The translations under genes were made by a program, and so were the position numbers. The notes beneath the pieces were generated by a model. It ran no database searches and was not told where the DNA came from. It saw nothing but the letters and a program-made list of their open reading frames with translations. A stretch of 64,000 bases of DNA from Ignavibacteriota bacterium. Lineage in GTDB: Bacteria > Bacteroidota > Ignavibacteria > Palsa-1295. Where the stretch lies: NCBI GenBank assembly GCA_963787835.1, contig CAWBEI010000004.1:160001-224000 (forward strand), read 5' to 3'. Positions 48,596 to 59,048 of this stretch are shown here, piece after piece; position 1 is the stretch's first letter, and each line of letters starts with the position of its first letter.

Positions 48596-49342
48596 TTGCA
48601 TTCTCATTCGACCACAGATCTCGTCGGTATCATTCTCGCCGGGGGCACTGGCTCCCGGCTGCATCCCTGCACGACCGTCACGAACAAGCATTTGCTCCCT
48701 ATCGGTGAAATGCCGATGATCTTTTATCCGATCCAAAAGCTTGTTTCTGCTGGAATCGAAGACATTCTCATCGTGACCGGTACCGAGCACATGGGCGATT
48801 TTATCGAGCTTTTGGGTTCCGGGCACGAGTTCGATTGCGCGCTTACGTACCGTGTGCAGGATGAAGCCGGCGGTATTGCTCAGGCATTAGCGCTTGCAGA
48901 GCGCTTCGCCGGGGCACAGCCGATGTGCGTCATGCTGGGAGATAACATATTCGAGAATTCTATCTCGGCGATGATCGAGCAGTTCCAAACGCATCCGAAT
49001 AACGCGCATATTCTTCTGAAGGAAGTTCCAGATGCCGAGCGATTCGGTGTCGCAGAAATGAACGGAACGAAAGTAGTGAGTATTATCGAAAAGCCGGAAA
49101 TTCCGCCATCGAATTTCGCCGTGACGGGCGTCTATTGCTACCCTCCAGACGTGTTCGATATTATCCGTACCCTGACGCCCTCCGAGCGCGGCGAACTTGA
49201 GATCACCGACGTCAATAATGCCTATTTGGCCCAAGGCCGGCTTCATGCCTCGATGCTCGAAGGGTATTGGTCGGATGCCGGAACCTTCCCGTCGCTGGCG
49301 CGCGCGAACGAACTGGTGCGTCAATCCCCGCCGAGGAAGTGA
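48596..49342 (+). CDS. rmlA: Glucose-1-phosphate thymidylyltransferase (short form)
   Basis: GIILAGGTGSRL, NKHLLP, LGDNIF, EKP, PSERGELEITD, WSDAGT. Confidence 0.85.
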   Translation: MHSHSTTDLVGIILAGGTGSRLHPCTTVTNKHLLPIGEMPMIFYPIQKLVSAGIEDILIVTGTEHMGDFIELLGSGHEFDCALTYRVQDEAGGIAQALALAERFAGAQPMCVMLGDNIFENSISAMIEQFQTHPNNAHILLKEVPDAERFGVAEMNGTKVVSIIEKPEIPPSNFAVTGVYCYPPDVFDIIRTLTPSERGELEITDVNNAYLAQGRLHASMLEGYWSDAGTFPSLARANELVRQSPPRK

Positions 49343-49505
49343 ACCAGGATTACGCGGATGGAAGGGGATTACGCGGACGATTCCAGGATTATGAAGAAAC
49401 ACCGAATAAGAAATTAACGACACTAAAAAGAGTATATCCATTGGAGTCCACAACAATCCTTAAAATCGTCCGCGTAATCCGGCTAAATCCGCGAAATCCC
49501 GGTTC
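49341..49505. repeat. Intergenic inverted-repeat element
   Basis: gaaccaggattacgcggat...ggattacgcggacgatt mirrored by aatcgtccgcgtaatcc...atccgcgaaatcccggttc. Confidence 0.75.
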
Positions 49506-49511
49506 TGAATT

Positions 49512-50507
49512 ATGAATCTTCTTATAACCGGTGGCGCCGGATTCATCGGGGCAAATTTTGCCCACTATGCCGTTCGACATGGGCATACTGTGCTCATCTA
49601 TGATGTCCTGACCTACGCTGGGAACCCGAAAAATGTTGGACATCTGAAGCATTTTGTTCGAGGCGATATTCGGGATGCCGCTGCGCTTGACCGGGTGTTC
49701 CGTGATGGCGTGGATGGCAAACCATTCGATGCAGTAATCAATTTTGCGGCGGAAAGCCATGTCGATCGGTCTATTTCGCTGGCCATGCCATTTGTAGAAA
49801 CGAATGTAGTGGGTGCTGTAACGTTACTCGAAGCAGCGCGGCGCCACAATGTTCCAACATTCATCCAGATCTCTACCGATGAAGTCTATGGGTCGATCGA
49901 AGGCACTGGGAAGTTTATGAGTTCTTCTCCGCTTCGGCCATCGAGCGCGTACTCCGCATCGAAGGCGTCTGCCGATCTGATGCTCCTCTCGTATCATCAT
50001 ACGCATGGCATGGATGTGCGTATCACCCGCTGCACCAATAATTACGGACGCTTTCAGCATCCGGAAAAATTCATTCCCACCATTATTTCCAACGCGCTTG
50101 CTGGCAAGCCTATCCCCATCTTCGGCGATGGAAAACAAGTGCGCGATTGGATCTTTGTCGAAGATCATTGCACTGGAATTTTTGCGACATTGGAGCGAGG
50201 CAAGCCGGGCGAGATATATCACTTCGGCGGTCCAGGTATAGAATCGAATGATGCTGGAATTTCAAATTTCGAACTCGTGCATCTCGTTTTCCGAATTCTT
50301 GCGGAAAAATCAGGCCGCGATATTTCTGAATTCACACCGCTCATCAGAAATGTTGCAGATCGCCCCGGCCACGATCGCCGCTACGCGCTCGATTGGTCGG
50401 AATCAACACTCGAACTCGGCTGGAGTCCCCAAACCAGGCTTAAAGATGGGTTAGTGAATACAATAACATGGTGGCTTGCCAACCAAGATTGGTGGAACGG
50501 CGTTTAG
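49512..50507 (+). CDS. rmlB: dTDP-glucose 4,6-dehydratase
   Basis: GGAGFIG, LTYAGN, AAESHVDRS, STDEVYG, YSASK, DRPGHDRRY. Confidence 0.93.
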   Translation: MNLLITGGAGFIGANFAHYAVRHGHTVLIYDVLTYAGNPKNVGHLKHFVRGDIRDAAALDRVFRDGVDGKPFDAVINFAAESHVDRSISLAMPFVETNVVGAVTLLEAARRHNVPTFIQISTDEVYGSIEGTGKFMSSSPLRPSSAYSASKASADLMLLSYHHTHGMDVRITRCTNNYGRFQHPEKFIPTIISNALAGKPIPIFGDGKQVRDWIFVEDHCTGIFATLERGKPGEIYHFGGPGIESNDAGISNFELVHLVFRILAEKSGRDISEFTPLIRNVADRPGHDRRYALDWSESTLELGWSPQTRLKDGLVNTITWWLANQDWWNGV

Positions 50508-50514
50508 CATCATA

Positions 50515-51345
50515 GTGAAAAAAATTCTACTTCTTGGCAAAGGCCAGATCGGCTCCGCGCTTATGCGGGACTTGAAAAATTTCGAAGTCCATTTATGGCC
50601 GCACGATATTGATGACCTTACGCGAGATGAACTCGAAGTCATCGCGCCAGACGCCATCATCAATGCTGCTGGCAAAACCGATCTTGCATGGTGCGAGGCA
50701 AACGCGCGCGAAGCTATGCGCTCGAATCTTGAAGCGCCGGTTCGTCTTTATCAACGGATACTCGGAAGCAACCGTGATATTCGCTTCATCCATTTTTCCA
50801 GTGGGTGTGTGTGGGATGGCCCGTACGATTCGGATGGGAAGCCGTTCACTCCCGATGTTGCCCCTACGCCTGCGTGCCTGTATTCCTGGACGAAAGCCGC
50901 CGCTGACGCGATGTTGCTCGATCTGGGTCGGGAACGAATAGCAATTTTGCGACCACGACAGGTGTATTCCGGCTACGAGCATCCGCGCAACTCGCTGATC
51001 AAATTAATGAGATACCCGAAACTGATCGATACCCCAAATTCGGTGAGCAGCATTGCGGTAATTGAGAAGAGTGTTCGGCATGTTATAGACACAGAGGATT
51101 GGAGTGGCATCTGGAATGTGTACGATCGCGGCATCACGACACCGCTCGAGATCGGCGAAATGCTCTGGAAAGCCGGACTTCGCGAACAACCATTTCGCAT
51201 TTCGAAAGAGGAGCTTGACGTATTTCACAAGCCGAAACGGGTCGATACCGTGTTGTTCGATCAGCGTTTCGAAACGCACATTCAGCCGGAAGATGTTAAT
51301 TCTCAATTATCGAAAGCGATTGACGAATTAAAAAATACTTCCTAA
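50515..51345 (+). CDS. NDP-4-keto-6-deoxyglucose reductase, RmlD-like, probably NRS/ER-type epimerase-reductase
   Basis: GKGQIG, NAAGKT..WCE, SSGCVW, YSWTK, PNS, GIWN; GTG start at 50515. Confidence 0.7.
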   Translation: MKKILLLGKGQIGSALMRDLKNFEVHLWPHDIDDLTRDELEVIAPDAIINAAGKTDLAWCEANAREAMRSNLEAPVRLYQRILGSNRDIRFIHFSSGCVWDGPYDSDGKPFTPDVAPTPACLYSWTKAAADAMLLDLGRERIAILRPRQVYSGYEHPRNSLIKLMRYPKLIDTPNSVSSIAVIEKSVRHVIDTEDWSGIWNVYDRGITTPLEIGEMLWKAGLREQPFRISKEELDVFHKPKRVDTVLFDQRFETHIQPEDVNSQLSKAIDELKNTS

Positions 51346-51350
51346 ATCCC

Positions 51351-53201
51351 GTGAATTCCCCGAATAATCCCATAGATCCGAGTTTGCTTGGGGCGTTCTT
51401 CGAACGCACTGCCGGGCCGGGCAATAGCAGGGTCTATTTGCGGTATAAACCTGTGCATGCCGAGCCCTATCGGGACATGACCTTTGCAGAGTTCGGTGCA
51501 AAAGTTCGAGACACGTTCGATGGTTTTGCTCGGCTTGGTGTCGATCGAGGTGATAGGATAGCGATCGTATCTGAGTCCAGGCCGGAATGGCTCATCGCAG
51601 AGTTCGCAGCGATGGCCCTCGGCGCGATCTGGGTACCGATGTTCCCAACACTTACCGCGCAACAGATCGAGTACATCATTAATGATTGTGAAGCGAAAGT
51701 GCTCATCGTTTCGAACGATCTGCAATTGGGGAAGGCGATAAAACTGGTGAGTAATACGCCGTCGGTAAAAGCCGTGCTCCTTTTGAACAACAAGACCAGG
51801 CTTTCGCTGGCATCGAACCTTCCTCTGATCTTTTTCAAAGATATTTCAAATCGTACAGGTGATGTTCCGGATTTCGATGCCGAAGCTAAAAAGGCGAAAT
51901 CGAGCGACACGGTTGCGATCATCTACACCAGCGGAACGACTGGGAACCCGAAAGGCGTCATGCTTTCGCATGGGAACATTCTTGTGAATATCGAGGGTGC
52001 GCTTGCCGCGATCCCGACGTTGACCGAGGAGGATGTCGCGCTCTCGTTCCTGCCGCTCTGTCACGCGTTCGAGCATATCGCGATGCACTTCTTTTTCTAT
52101 CGTGGAATGACGGTCGCATTCGCGGAATCGACGGATACCGTTGCCGACAACCTCCTCGAAATTCGCCCGACGATGATGACGGGCGTGCCACGCTTTTACG
52201 AACGCATTCATGTTCGCATCATGCGCATGCGGGAAAAGCTTTCGCCAATGAAGCGAGCCATGTTTGATTGGTCGCTTCGGATCGGTACAAAAAATGGGCT
52301 TTCCCTCGAAGGAAATTCTGTCCCGCTTCTTGCGAAAGCGCTGCGTTCGGTTGCCGATCTATTGGTTCTTAAAAAGATACGAGATCGAACCGGCGGAAGA
52401 ATACGATTTTTTGTATCCGGAGCCGCTGCGCTGCCGGCCGAAGTTGGGCGGGCATTCGCTGCGTTTGGGCTTCTGATCATTGAAGGCTACGGCCTCACCG
52501 AGACTTCTCCTGTATTGAGTGTAAACCCTTACCATAAGCTAAAATGGGGGACTGTCGGTAAGCCGCTACACAATGTGGAGATCGAAATTGCGCCCGATGG
52601 CGAAATTCTGGCTCGGGGCCCAAATATTATGCAGGGTTACTACCGGCAGCCCGAAGCCACAGCGGAAATGATCGACGAGCAGGGATGGCTGCACACCGGG
52701 GACATCGGAACGATCGATTCGGAGGGCTATATCAAGATCACCGATCGCAAAAAGCATATTTTTGTATCGAGTGGCGGCAAGAATATTGCTCCGGCCCCGA
52801 TCGAATCTCTTCTCGGCGAATCGCGTTTCATTCACCAGATCATGCTTGTTGGGGATAAACGGCAATTCTGTACGGCACTTATCGTTCCAGATTACGATGC
52901 CTTGCAAGAAGCGGGTATCGCGCACGATAGAGGAATAGATGGTGAGAACGATCGTTCCAGTGCCGCCCTTGCTACGAGCGAACCCGTTCGTTCTGCGATC
53001 GCTGCGGAGTTGGATCGTTTGCAGTCCGGGATCGCAAGCTACGAGCGTGTTCGAAGGTTTATGCTTTTGCCAGAACAGTTTACGATCGAGAACGGCATGA
53101 TGACGCCAACGCTGAAGATCCGGCGTAAGGCCGTGGAAGACCGTTATCGTGAACTCATCGATTCCATGTATCAGATCCGGCCAACGACCGAATCAAGTTG
53201 A
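51351..53201 (+). CDS. Long-chain fatty-acid-CoA ligase
   Basis: IYTSGTTGNPKG, EGYGLTET, GWLHTGDIG, ITDRKK, TPTLK. Confidence 0.9.
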   Translation: MNSPNNPIDPSLLGAFFERTAGPGNSRVYLRYKPVHAEPYRDMTFAEFGAKVRDTFDGFARLGVDRGDRIAIVSESRPEWLIAEFAAMALGAIWVPMFPTLTAQQIEYIINDCEAKVLIVSNDLQLGKAIKLVSNTPSVKAVLLLNNKTRLSLASNLPLIFFKDISNRTGDVPDFDAEAKKAKSSDTVAIIYTSGTTGNPKGVMLSHGNILVNIEGALAAIPTLTEEDVALSFLPLCHAFEHIAMHFFFYRGMTVAFAESTDTVADNLLEIRPTMMTGVPRFYERIHVRIMRMREKLSPMKRAMFDWSLRIGTKNGLSLEGNSVPLLAKALRSVADLLVLKKIRDRTGGRIRFFVSGAAALPAEVGRAFAAFGLLIIEGYGLTETSPVLSVNPYHKLKWGTVGKPLHNVEIEIAPDGEILARGPNIMQGYYRQPEATAEMIDEQGWLHTGDIGTIDSEGYIKITDRKKHIFVSSGGKNIAPAPIESLLGESRFIHQIMLVGDKRQFCTALIVPDYDALQEAGIAHDRGIDGENDRSSAALATSEPVRSAIAAELDRLQSGIASYERVRRFMLLPEQFTIENGMMTPTLKIRRKAVEDRYRELIDSMYQIRPTTESS

Positions 53202-53218
53202 TTTTTTAATAAGCTCCC

Positions 53219-55282
53219 ATGAAAAGAACGATTCTCATTTGTTTTCTCCTTCTTTCTTCTTCTGCGATCCATGTTGTGCGTTCCCAGCCGAGTCCGGCGG
53301 CTTATACCGTGCAGGCATGGGCTACGGTTCAGGAGAATCCGCCGGTGATCACGCTCCATTGGAAGCACGATCCGCTCGCTCAACAGTATGAAGTGTTCGA
53401 GCGGAATCTTGGAGATTTTTATAATTGGTCCGATCTGGGGCCGGTTGCCGCAACCGATTCCGTGTTCGCGGATAGTTCCGAAAACGCTGGAGTCACCTTG
53501 GAATACGAAATTGTAGATTCCGCGAAATCCGATTCCGTTTATGCGGCCTTTGGATTTGTTGCAACGGGGATTGATGTACAGCTTCCGGTCACTCCGGGTA
53601 AAGTGATACTGCTGGTCGATAACACGTATAGCACTCCGCTTGCAAGCGAAATTTCCCGTTTAATAGCGGATCTTCAGGCCGAAGGCTGGGGGGTTATCCG
53701 CCACGATGTCAACCGGACGGATGCTGTTCCTTCTGTGAAAGCACTGGTCAAGCAAGATTACCTTGCGGATTCTGCCCATGTTCGTACGCTCTTTATTTTG
53801 GGGCATGTACCGGTGCCTTATTCGGGCGATATTGCCCCAGATGGACATACGCCCGGCAATGGGAACCATCAGGGAGCGTGGCCTGCCGATATTTATTATG
53901 GAAATTTCTATACCAAATGGACGGACACGAAAGTAAACGATACAACAGCGGGGGATCCTCGAAATAAGAATGTGCCGGGAGACGGAAAATTCGATCAAGA
54001 CTCGATCAGCGCCAGCGTTGCTCCCGAAGAGCTTGAAGTCGGACGTGTGGACTTATTCAACATGCCGAGCTTTGCGCTATCCGACACGGCATTGATACAG
54101 CAATATCTCGACCGCGATCATGCCTTCCGAACGGGAGCTTTTCAGGCTCCACAGCGCGCTTTGATCGACGATAACTTCGGGATCATCCAAAATGAATACG
54201 ATGTACCGGGTAGCAATGGATGGCGCAATCTACCTCCGCTTGTGGGAGCCGATAATGTATTCAATAGTCCGGGTACCTGGTTCGGGACTCTGGATACTGC
54301 AGCATACTTGTGGGCGTATGGATGCGGCGGAGGGTGGTTTCAGGGTGCCAGTGGCGTTGGGAATACCGGGAATTTTGCAACGGAGGGATCGAAAGCCATC
54401 TTTAACATGATGTTCGGAAGTTTTTTTGGCGATTGGGATGAGAATGACAATTTTTTGCGTGCGCCGCTTGCCACCTCGTATGGACTTACCAATTGCTGGG
54501 CCGGACGCCCCTATTGGTACTTTCATCCGCTCGGGATGGGCGAAACGTTTGGGTACTGCGCAAAACTGACGCAAAATGTTGTAAACTCCCCGCTCTACAT
54601 CACCAACGATCGGAAGCACCTGATCTTTCTTAGCGATTATATCTGGAGCCTTTCGATGTCGGGTGTTCATGTCGCGCTCATGGGTGACCCAACGCTGCGC
54701 ATGCAATATCTTTCCGCTCCGCCATCGGCGCTTTCTGCAAGTTTAGGAACGAATACGGTGAAGCTTCAATGGAATGCTCCGGAACTTAGTGTCCCCGGAT
54801 ACAACATCTATCGTGCCGATAAGTCCGGTGACACACTCCTGCAAATTAATACCTCGCTCGTGACCACTACGACCTTCACGGATAATGCACCGCTAAACGA
54901 CAGCAATATCTATGTGGTACGTGCGGCCCAGCTCACTACTACGCCAAGTGGGTCCTGGTGGAACGAAAGTGGAGGAGTAACGCTGGGAGTGAAGATCGCG
55001 CTCGAAGGAGTTCCCGAAGCTCCCGTTGCACAGAACACACTTACTGTTCAACAGAACGCAGCATTTCTCGACATTCGCGTAGCAGAGCAAAACACTTCCT
55101 CGATGCGGCTCTCTATTGTGGACATTGCCGGAAGGGAAATAGCGGTTCTTGCCGATGGATCGTTCTCGCCGGGAGTGTATAATTATCACTATGGGACGGC
55201 GTCGCTTGCGTCGGCAGCATATTTCGTAAGGATGGTAAGCCCCGATGGAGTGCAGAGCGCGAAGGTTGCGCTTATTCGGTAA
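53219..55282 (+). CDS. T9SS-secreted protein with peptidase C25-like core and FN3 domain
   Basis: Signal peptide; LFILGHVP, ADIYYG, PEELEVGR, LMGDPTLR; FN3 LQWNAP...GYNIYR; CTD. Confidence 0.65.
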   Translation: MKRTILICFLLLSSSAIHVVRSQPSPAAYTVQAWATVQENPPVITLHWKHDPLAQQYEVFERNLGDFYNWSDLGPVAATDSVFADSSENAGVTLEYEIVDSAKSDSVYAAFGFVATGIDVQLPVTPGKVILLVDNTYSTPLASEISRLIADLQAEGWGVIRHDVNRTDAVPSVKALVKQDYLADSAHVRTLFILGHVPVPYSGDIAPDGHTPGNGNHQGAWPADIYYGNFYTKWTDTKVNDTTAGDPRNKNVPGDGKFDQDSISASVAPEELEVGRVDLFNMPSFALSDTALIQQYLDRDHAFRTGAFQAPQRALIDDNFGIIQNEYDVPGSNGWRNLPPLVGADNVFNSPGTWFGTLDTAAYLWAYGCGGGWFQGASGVGNTGNFATEGSKAIFNMMFGSFFGDWDENDNFLRAPLATSYGLTNCWAGRPYWYFHPLGMGETFGYCAKLTQNVVNSPLYITNDRKHLIFLSDYIWSLSMSGVHVALMGDPTLRMQYLSAPPSALSASLGTNTVKLQWNAPELSVPGYNIYRADKSGDTLLQINTSLVTTTTFTDNAPLNDSNIYVVRAAQLTTTPSGSWWNESGGVTLGVKIALEGVPEAPVAQNTLTVQQNAAFLDIRVAEQNTSSMRLSIVDIAGREIAVLADGSFSPGVYNYHYGTASLASAAYFVRMVSPDGVQSAKVALIR

Positions 55283-55285
55283 CTG

Positions 55286-56287
55286 CTACATCCAACGCGT
55301 CAGCCACGGGCCGGTGACGTGTGCATCTTCTTCGCTTACGGGTCGTTCCCGTTCGGCGAGTACATCATGCAGACCGACCTGCCTGCTGCGTGCGCCCCAT
55401 TCTGCCCAATTCGGTGTGTAATTCGCATCGCGGGCCGTTCGCATCAGAATGGGTTCTTTGATTCCTTCCATGCCACTGACTTCGCCGGGACGCTGCCAGC
55501 GCAGGTCGATCGACCAGCGAATGATATCGGAATAATTCTCCGTCGAGCGATGAGGAACGAGATTATTTAGCAGCAGCACCGACCCTTTGTTCATCGTGCA
55601 TGTAACTATTTCGCCTTCCGGCAGATCCTGCTCGTCGATATAAAGATACCACGAGTCCTTGCGGCCACGAGTGTTTTCGAGTTTGTGCCTGTAAACTACT
55701 CCCCCTCCTATGGAGCGGAGCGGAATAGGAGGGGGAAGCGCATGACCGATCATGCGCTGGGGGGTGGTTCCCCTATTCACGCGGATAACCTGCATACATC
55801 CATTCACCTCATTCGCATCGACAAGTGGTATCCAAGCGGTGGGCTGGAACGTATGTTGCGAACCAGCCGCGAGATACGCCGTATCCTGATGCCATGGAAC
55901 CGTCGCAAGCGGATTATGCGGCGTTTTCGAGCGTAAATTCCACACCGGATGCCCCGCGATCTCCGGCCCAAGAATTTGCTCGATGATGTCCAGCAATTTT
56001 TTGCTCGACCAAATATCGGAGAATGCTTTTGGCAGGATTCCTCCGGTGTGGATCAGCGTAGCAGCACCGGGGAATGCCTGCTCCAGTTTTGTGAGGCGTG
56101 TTAGAAATCCCTCGTTCTCGAATTTATCGTTTATCTTTTCACTCGCACACAACCGTTCTGCCAGGGCATCAACTTTCTCGTTGATTGCGTCTATTACCGG
56201 CTGAAGTTCCGCATCCGAAAAGAGATCGCGCACAATGAGGAAACCATCGGTGCGGTATTGTTGAAGTTGTGCAGAAGAGAGGCTCAT
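55286..56287 (-). CDS. Phytanoyl-CoA dioxygenase (PhyH) family Fe(II)/2OG enzyme with in-frame REP insertion
   Basis: QYRTDGFL, PWHQD, WIPL, NGCM, HRS..N....RWS. Confidence 0.85.
   Translation of the reverse strand: MSLSSAQLQQYRTDGFLIVRDLFSDAELQPVIDAINEKVDALAERLCASEKINDKFENEGFLTRLTKLEQAFPGAATLIHTGGILPKAFSDIWSSKKLLDIIEQILGPEIAGHPVWNLRSKTPHNPLATVPWHQDTAYLAAGSQHTFQPTAWIPLVDANEVNGCMQVIRVNRGTTPQRMIGHALPPPIPLRSIGGGVVYRHKLENTRGRKDSWYLYIDEQDLPEGEIVTCTMNKGSVLLLNNLVPHRSTENYSDIIRWSIDLRWQRPGEVSGMEGIKEPILMRTARDANYTPNWAEWGARSRQVGLHDVLAERERPVSEEDAHVTGPWLTRWM
55698..55768. repeat. REP-like element inside the PhyH CDS
   Basis: ccccctcctat...ataggaggggg, agcgcatga-ccga-tcatgcgct, ggggggtggt. Confidence 0.7.
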
Positions 56288-56296
56288 ATTAATTCG

Positions 56297-56989
56297 CTAC
56301 TTCGGCAAATAATTAATTAGATCCACCTCTGATTGTGGACTCACAACGCCATCCGTCGTTCCATTATTAACAACCTTCACATAGATGCCGAGCGCTGGTG
56401 CAAACCACGTATCTGTGACAGCAGTATCGCTCGCATTACAACCAAGAGTGCTATCATTTCCGATGATGTTAATGGAAGTCTCGCGTACGTGCAGTGTCGC
56501 CAATGGCCCGGCAGCCGTGATGATATTTTCAGCGCCGACAAAGGTACGCACATCCGACCGGAAGATCGGAATGCCTGCCTCGATGGTATCGACCAATGGG
56601 TTAGCAATGGGCTTCTGGCTTCCGGTTGGGAAGGTGGTCCATTCATACGTAAAGCCGCCGGCATCATTCGGGGTGGAGTCGCCATAGGAAAGGTCTCCAT
56701 TGGTCTCGATATTATAGAAGAAGGTACCGGCCGATCCGGTTCTATCGAGACAGCCGATCACGCCCGTTTTGCCACCGAGGTGCTGGCCCGTTTGGAGAAT
56801 GCTCAGTGTATCGAAAATTGACTTAGGAAAGCCTTGCGTTGTGGACTGAAACACATACTCCGTTCCAACCGCAGGAATGATCCAATTAACGGAGTTTCCG
56901 CCACCGATATTCTGCGACGTATCGGAGCTTTGGCTGCAGGAAGCAAGGACACTCGCGAGCAGGAAACAAGGGATCCAGAGGTTTTTCAT
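56297..56989 (-). CDS. Hypothetical lipoprotein
   Basis: Lipobox LASC; GAENIITAAG...WFAPALG pattern of small beta-sheet lipoproteins. Confidence 0.65.
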   Translation of the reverse strand: MKNLWIPCFLLASVLASCSQSSDTSQNIGGGNSVNWIIPAVGTEYVFQSTTQGFPKSIFDTLSILQTGQHLGGKTGVIGCLDRTGSAGTFFYNIETNGDLSYGDSTPNDAGGFTYEWTTFPTGSQKPIANPLVDTIEAGIPIFRSDVRTFVGAENIITAAGPLATLHVRETSINIIGNDSTLGCNASDTAVTDTWFAPALGIYVKVVNNGTTDGVVSPQSEVDLINYLPK

Positions 56990-57126
56990 GGTATTTTTAT
57001 GGATGATGTGGAAAATAAAGGAGTTGTGGTGAACTTTAGTTCGTTGTTAAAAGGACTGTTCCTTGCCGAACCAGCATGGGTGCGGTATGGTTAGATTTGG
57101 CAACATACATTTCGCCAATATCCGCA

Positions 57127-59010
57127 ATGACCATCCGCCGCACACTGCTCGCAGTAAGTTTAGTACTCTGTTTCACTTCCATTGGCTTTGCTAATGCGAA
57201 GATGCAATTTACCGTCGATCTTCGTGATACCCGGACGCACATGGTGCATGTAACGCTGGTGACAACCGGATTCCACGCCCGAACCGCCGTGTATCAAATG
57301 CCGATCTGGGCCCCGGGGGCGTATAGCGTCTCTCATTATGGGAAGTATGTTCAAAATTTCAAGGCGTACAATAAGTACCGTCATACCCTGACCGTCAATC
57401 AATTGAATGACGACCGGTGGGAGATCGCCAGCGGGCAATCCGTCCAGAGGATAGAGTATGATGTGATGGATTCGCATCTCGATACGACCAGCCTTTATTT
57501 CGCGATGGCCAATATGGATACCTCGCTGTTCTTCGCCAACGGAACCGCGCTCTTTGGATATTACGATGACGATAAAAAAGCGGGCGTCCAGGTGATCTAT
57601 CAGTTTCCTTCGGATTGGAAGCTCGTTTGTGCGCTGCCTCCAACCGGCGGATACACTAAAGACACCAATGCGACCTTCAAGAATACAACATTCGTCGCTA
57701 AAGATTACGATGAACTCGCCGATGCTCCCGTCCTTGCCTCCGCAGAATCCAAGGACGCTGCACATCTGGATCACATGGTCACGAAGAGTTTCTTAGAGGG
57801 TAACGTCGTCTATGATGTTGCATTGGTAACCGATGGCAGTTGGTCGGATGCGAAAATGGATTCGTTATCCGAAAACCTTCGCAAGATCGTTCATGCAGAA
57901 ACGGATTTCTTTCACGATACTCCCTACAAGCATTATACCTTCGAGATCGTGGCACCGACAGTCTCGCACATGCCTGGTTTTGCGCAGGGCGCATTGGAAC
58001 ATGCCAATTCAAGCGATTATCTGCTTATGGATCTCGGATGGTCCATGTTCAAGGGCTATTTCCTGAGCACATTTTCGCATGAGTTCTTTCATTTATGGAA
58101 TGTCAAGCGCATTCATTCCAACTTGCTTGGACCTTTCGATTACACCAAACGAGTGATGACGACCAGCCTCTGGATGGCCGAAGGCATCACGGAATACTAC
58201 GCACACACACTCCTTTCGCGATATGGTATTATTAGCCCGAAACGGTTTTATGCTGATATCGAGCAATGGCGGCAGGAGATGGCAATGGCTCCTGCGTCGG
58301 CTACGGTGAAATCAATGGAAGAGCTTTCGATCGATGAAAGTACGTTCGAAATGGATGAAGCCACGTTATTCTATTCGCGTGGCCCGCTCATTGCATTGAT
58401 GCTGGATATTGAGATCCGCACAAGAACCAACAATAAAAAATCCCTTGACGATGTGATGTTCGCTCTCAACAACGATGCAAAGCATGGCAAGACGTTCCCC
58501 GAAGAGGACTTGATGCACAAGGTCGAACAATATGCCGGGATCGATCTCACGGAGTTCTATAATAAGTATATTCATGGCACCGATTCGCTGCCGATCGATG
58601 AGTATTTGGCTAAGATGGGATACACGGGAAATTCTAAACAGCAAACCAATCAACCAAAATCTCAGGAAACACTCGCACCGTATAACGATAGTACTTATGT
58701 CGTCGAGCTTCTTGATACGACAAGTGCGCTCGCTGCCGCAGGTGTAAAACAAGGTGATCTTATAGAAAAGATCAATGGCAATCGAATTTCAAGCACGAAT
58801 ATCATGGAACTCTACATATCAGAGGATGATATGCACTTGACGCTTGACCGAAAAGGCCAACAGATCGAAGCAATTGTAAAGTCGAGCATAAAAGCTGCTG
58901 AGTCTATCTCTCCTGGCCCACCAGTATATTCTTCTCAAGGTTCAAAAAATATTGATTCGAATGCCACACCGCTTGCAGCGGCCATCCGAAAAGGGATTGT
59001 CGGGCAATAA
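57127..59010 (+). CDS. M61 family (glycyl aminopeptidase) metallopeptidase with PDZ domain
   Basis: MPIWAPGAY, GALEH, HEFFHLWNVKR, LWMAEGITEYY, YSRG; TAGATTTG promoter box at 57092. Confidence 0.9.
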   Translation: MTIRRTLLAVSLVLCFTSIGFANAKMQFTVDLRDTRTHMVHVTLVTTGFHARTAVYQMPIWAPGAYSVSHYGKYVQNFKAYNKYRHTLTVNQLNDDRWEIASGQSVQRIEYDVMDSHLDTTSLYFAMANMDTSLFFANGTALFGYYDDDKKAGVQVIYQFPSDWKLVCALPPTGGYTKDTNATFKNTTFVAKDYDELADAPVLASAESKDAAHLDHMVTKSFLEGNVVYDVALVTDGSWSDAKMDSLSENLRKIVHAETDFFHDTPYKHYTFEIVAPTVSHMPGFAQGALEHANSSDYLLMDLGWSMFKGYFLSTFSHEFFHLWNVKRIHSNLLGPFDYTKRVMTTSLWMAEGITEYYAHTLLSRYGIISPKRFYADIEQWRQEMAMAPASATVKSMEELSIDESTFEMDEATLFYSRGPLIALMLDIEIRTRTNNKKSLDDVMFALNNDAKHGKTFPEEDLMHKVEQYAGIDLTEFYNKYIHGTDSLPIDEYLAKMGYTGNSKQQTNQPKSQETLAPYNDSTYVVELLDTTSALAAAGVKQGDLIEKINGNRISSTNIMELYISEDDMHLTLDRKGQQIEAIVKSSIKAAESISPGPPVYSSQGSKNIDSNATPLAAAIRKGIVGQ

Positions 59011-59011
59011 C

Positions 59012-59048
59012 GACCCCTCACCTAATCTCTCCACGAAGGGGGAGAGGA
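59012..59048 (+). repeat. REP-like hairpin
   Basis: cccctcacctaa-tctctcc-acgaagg-gggagag. Confidence 0.45.
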
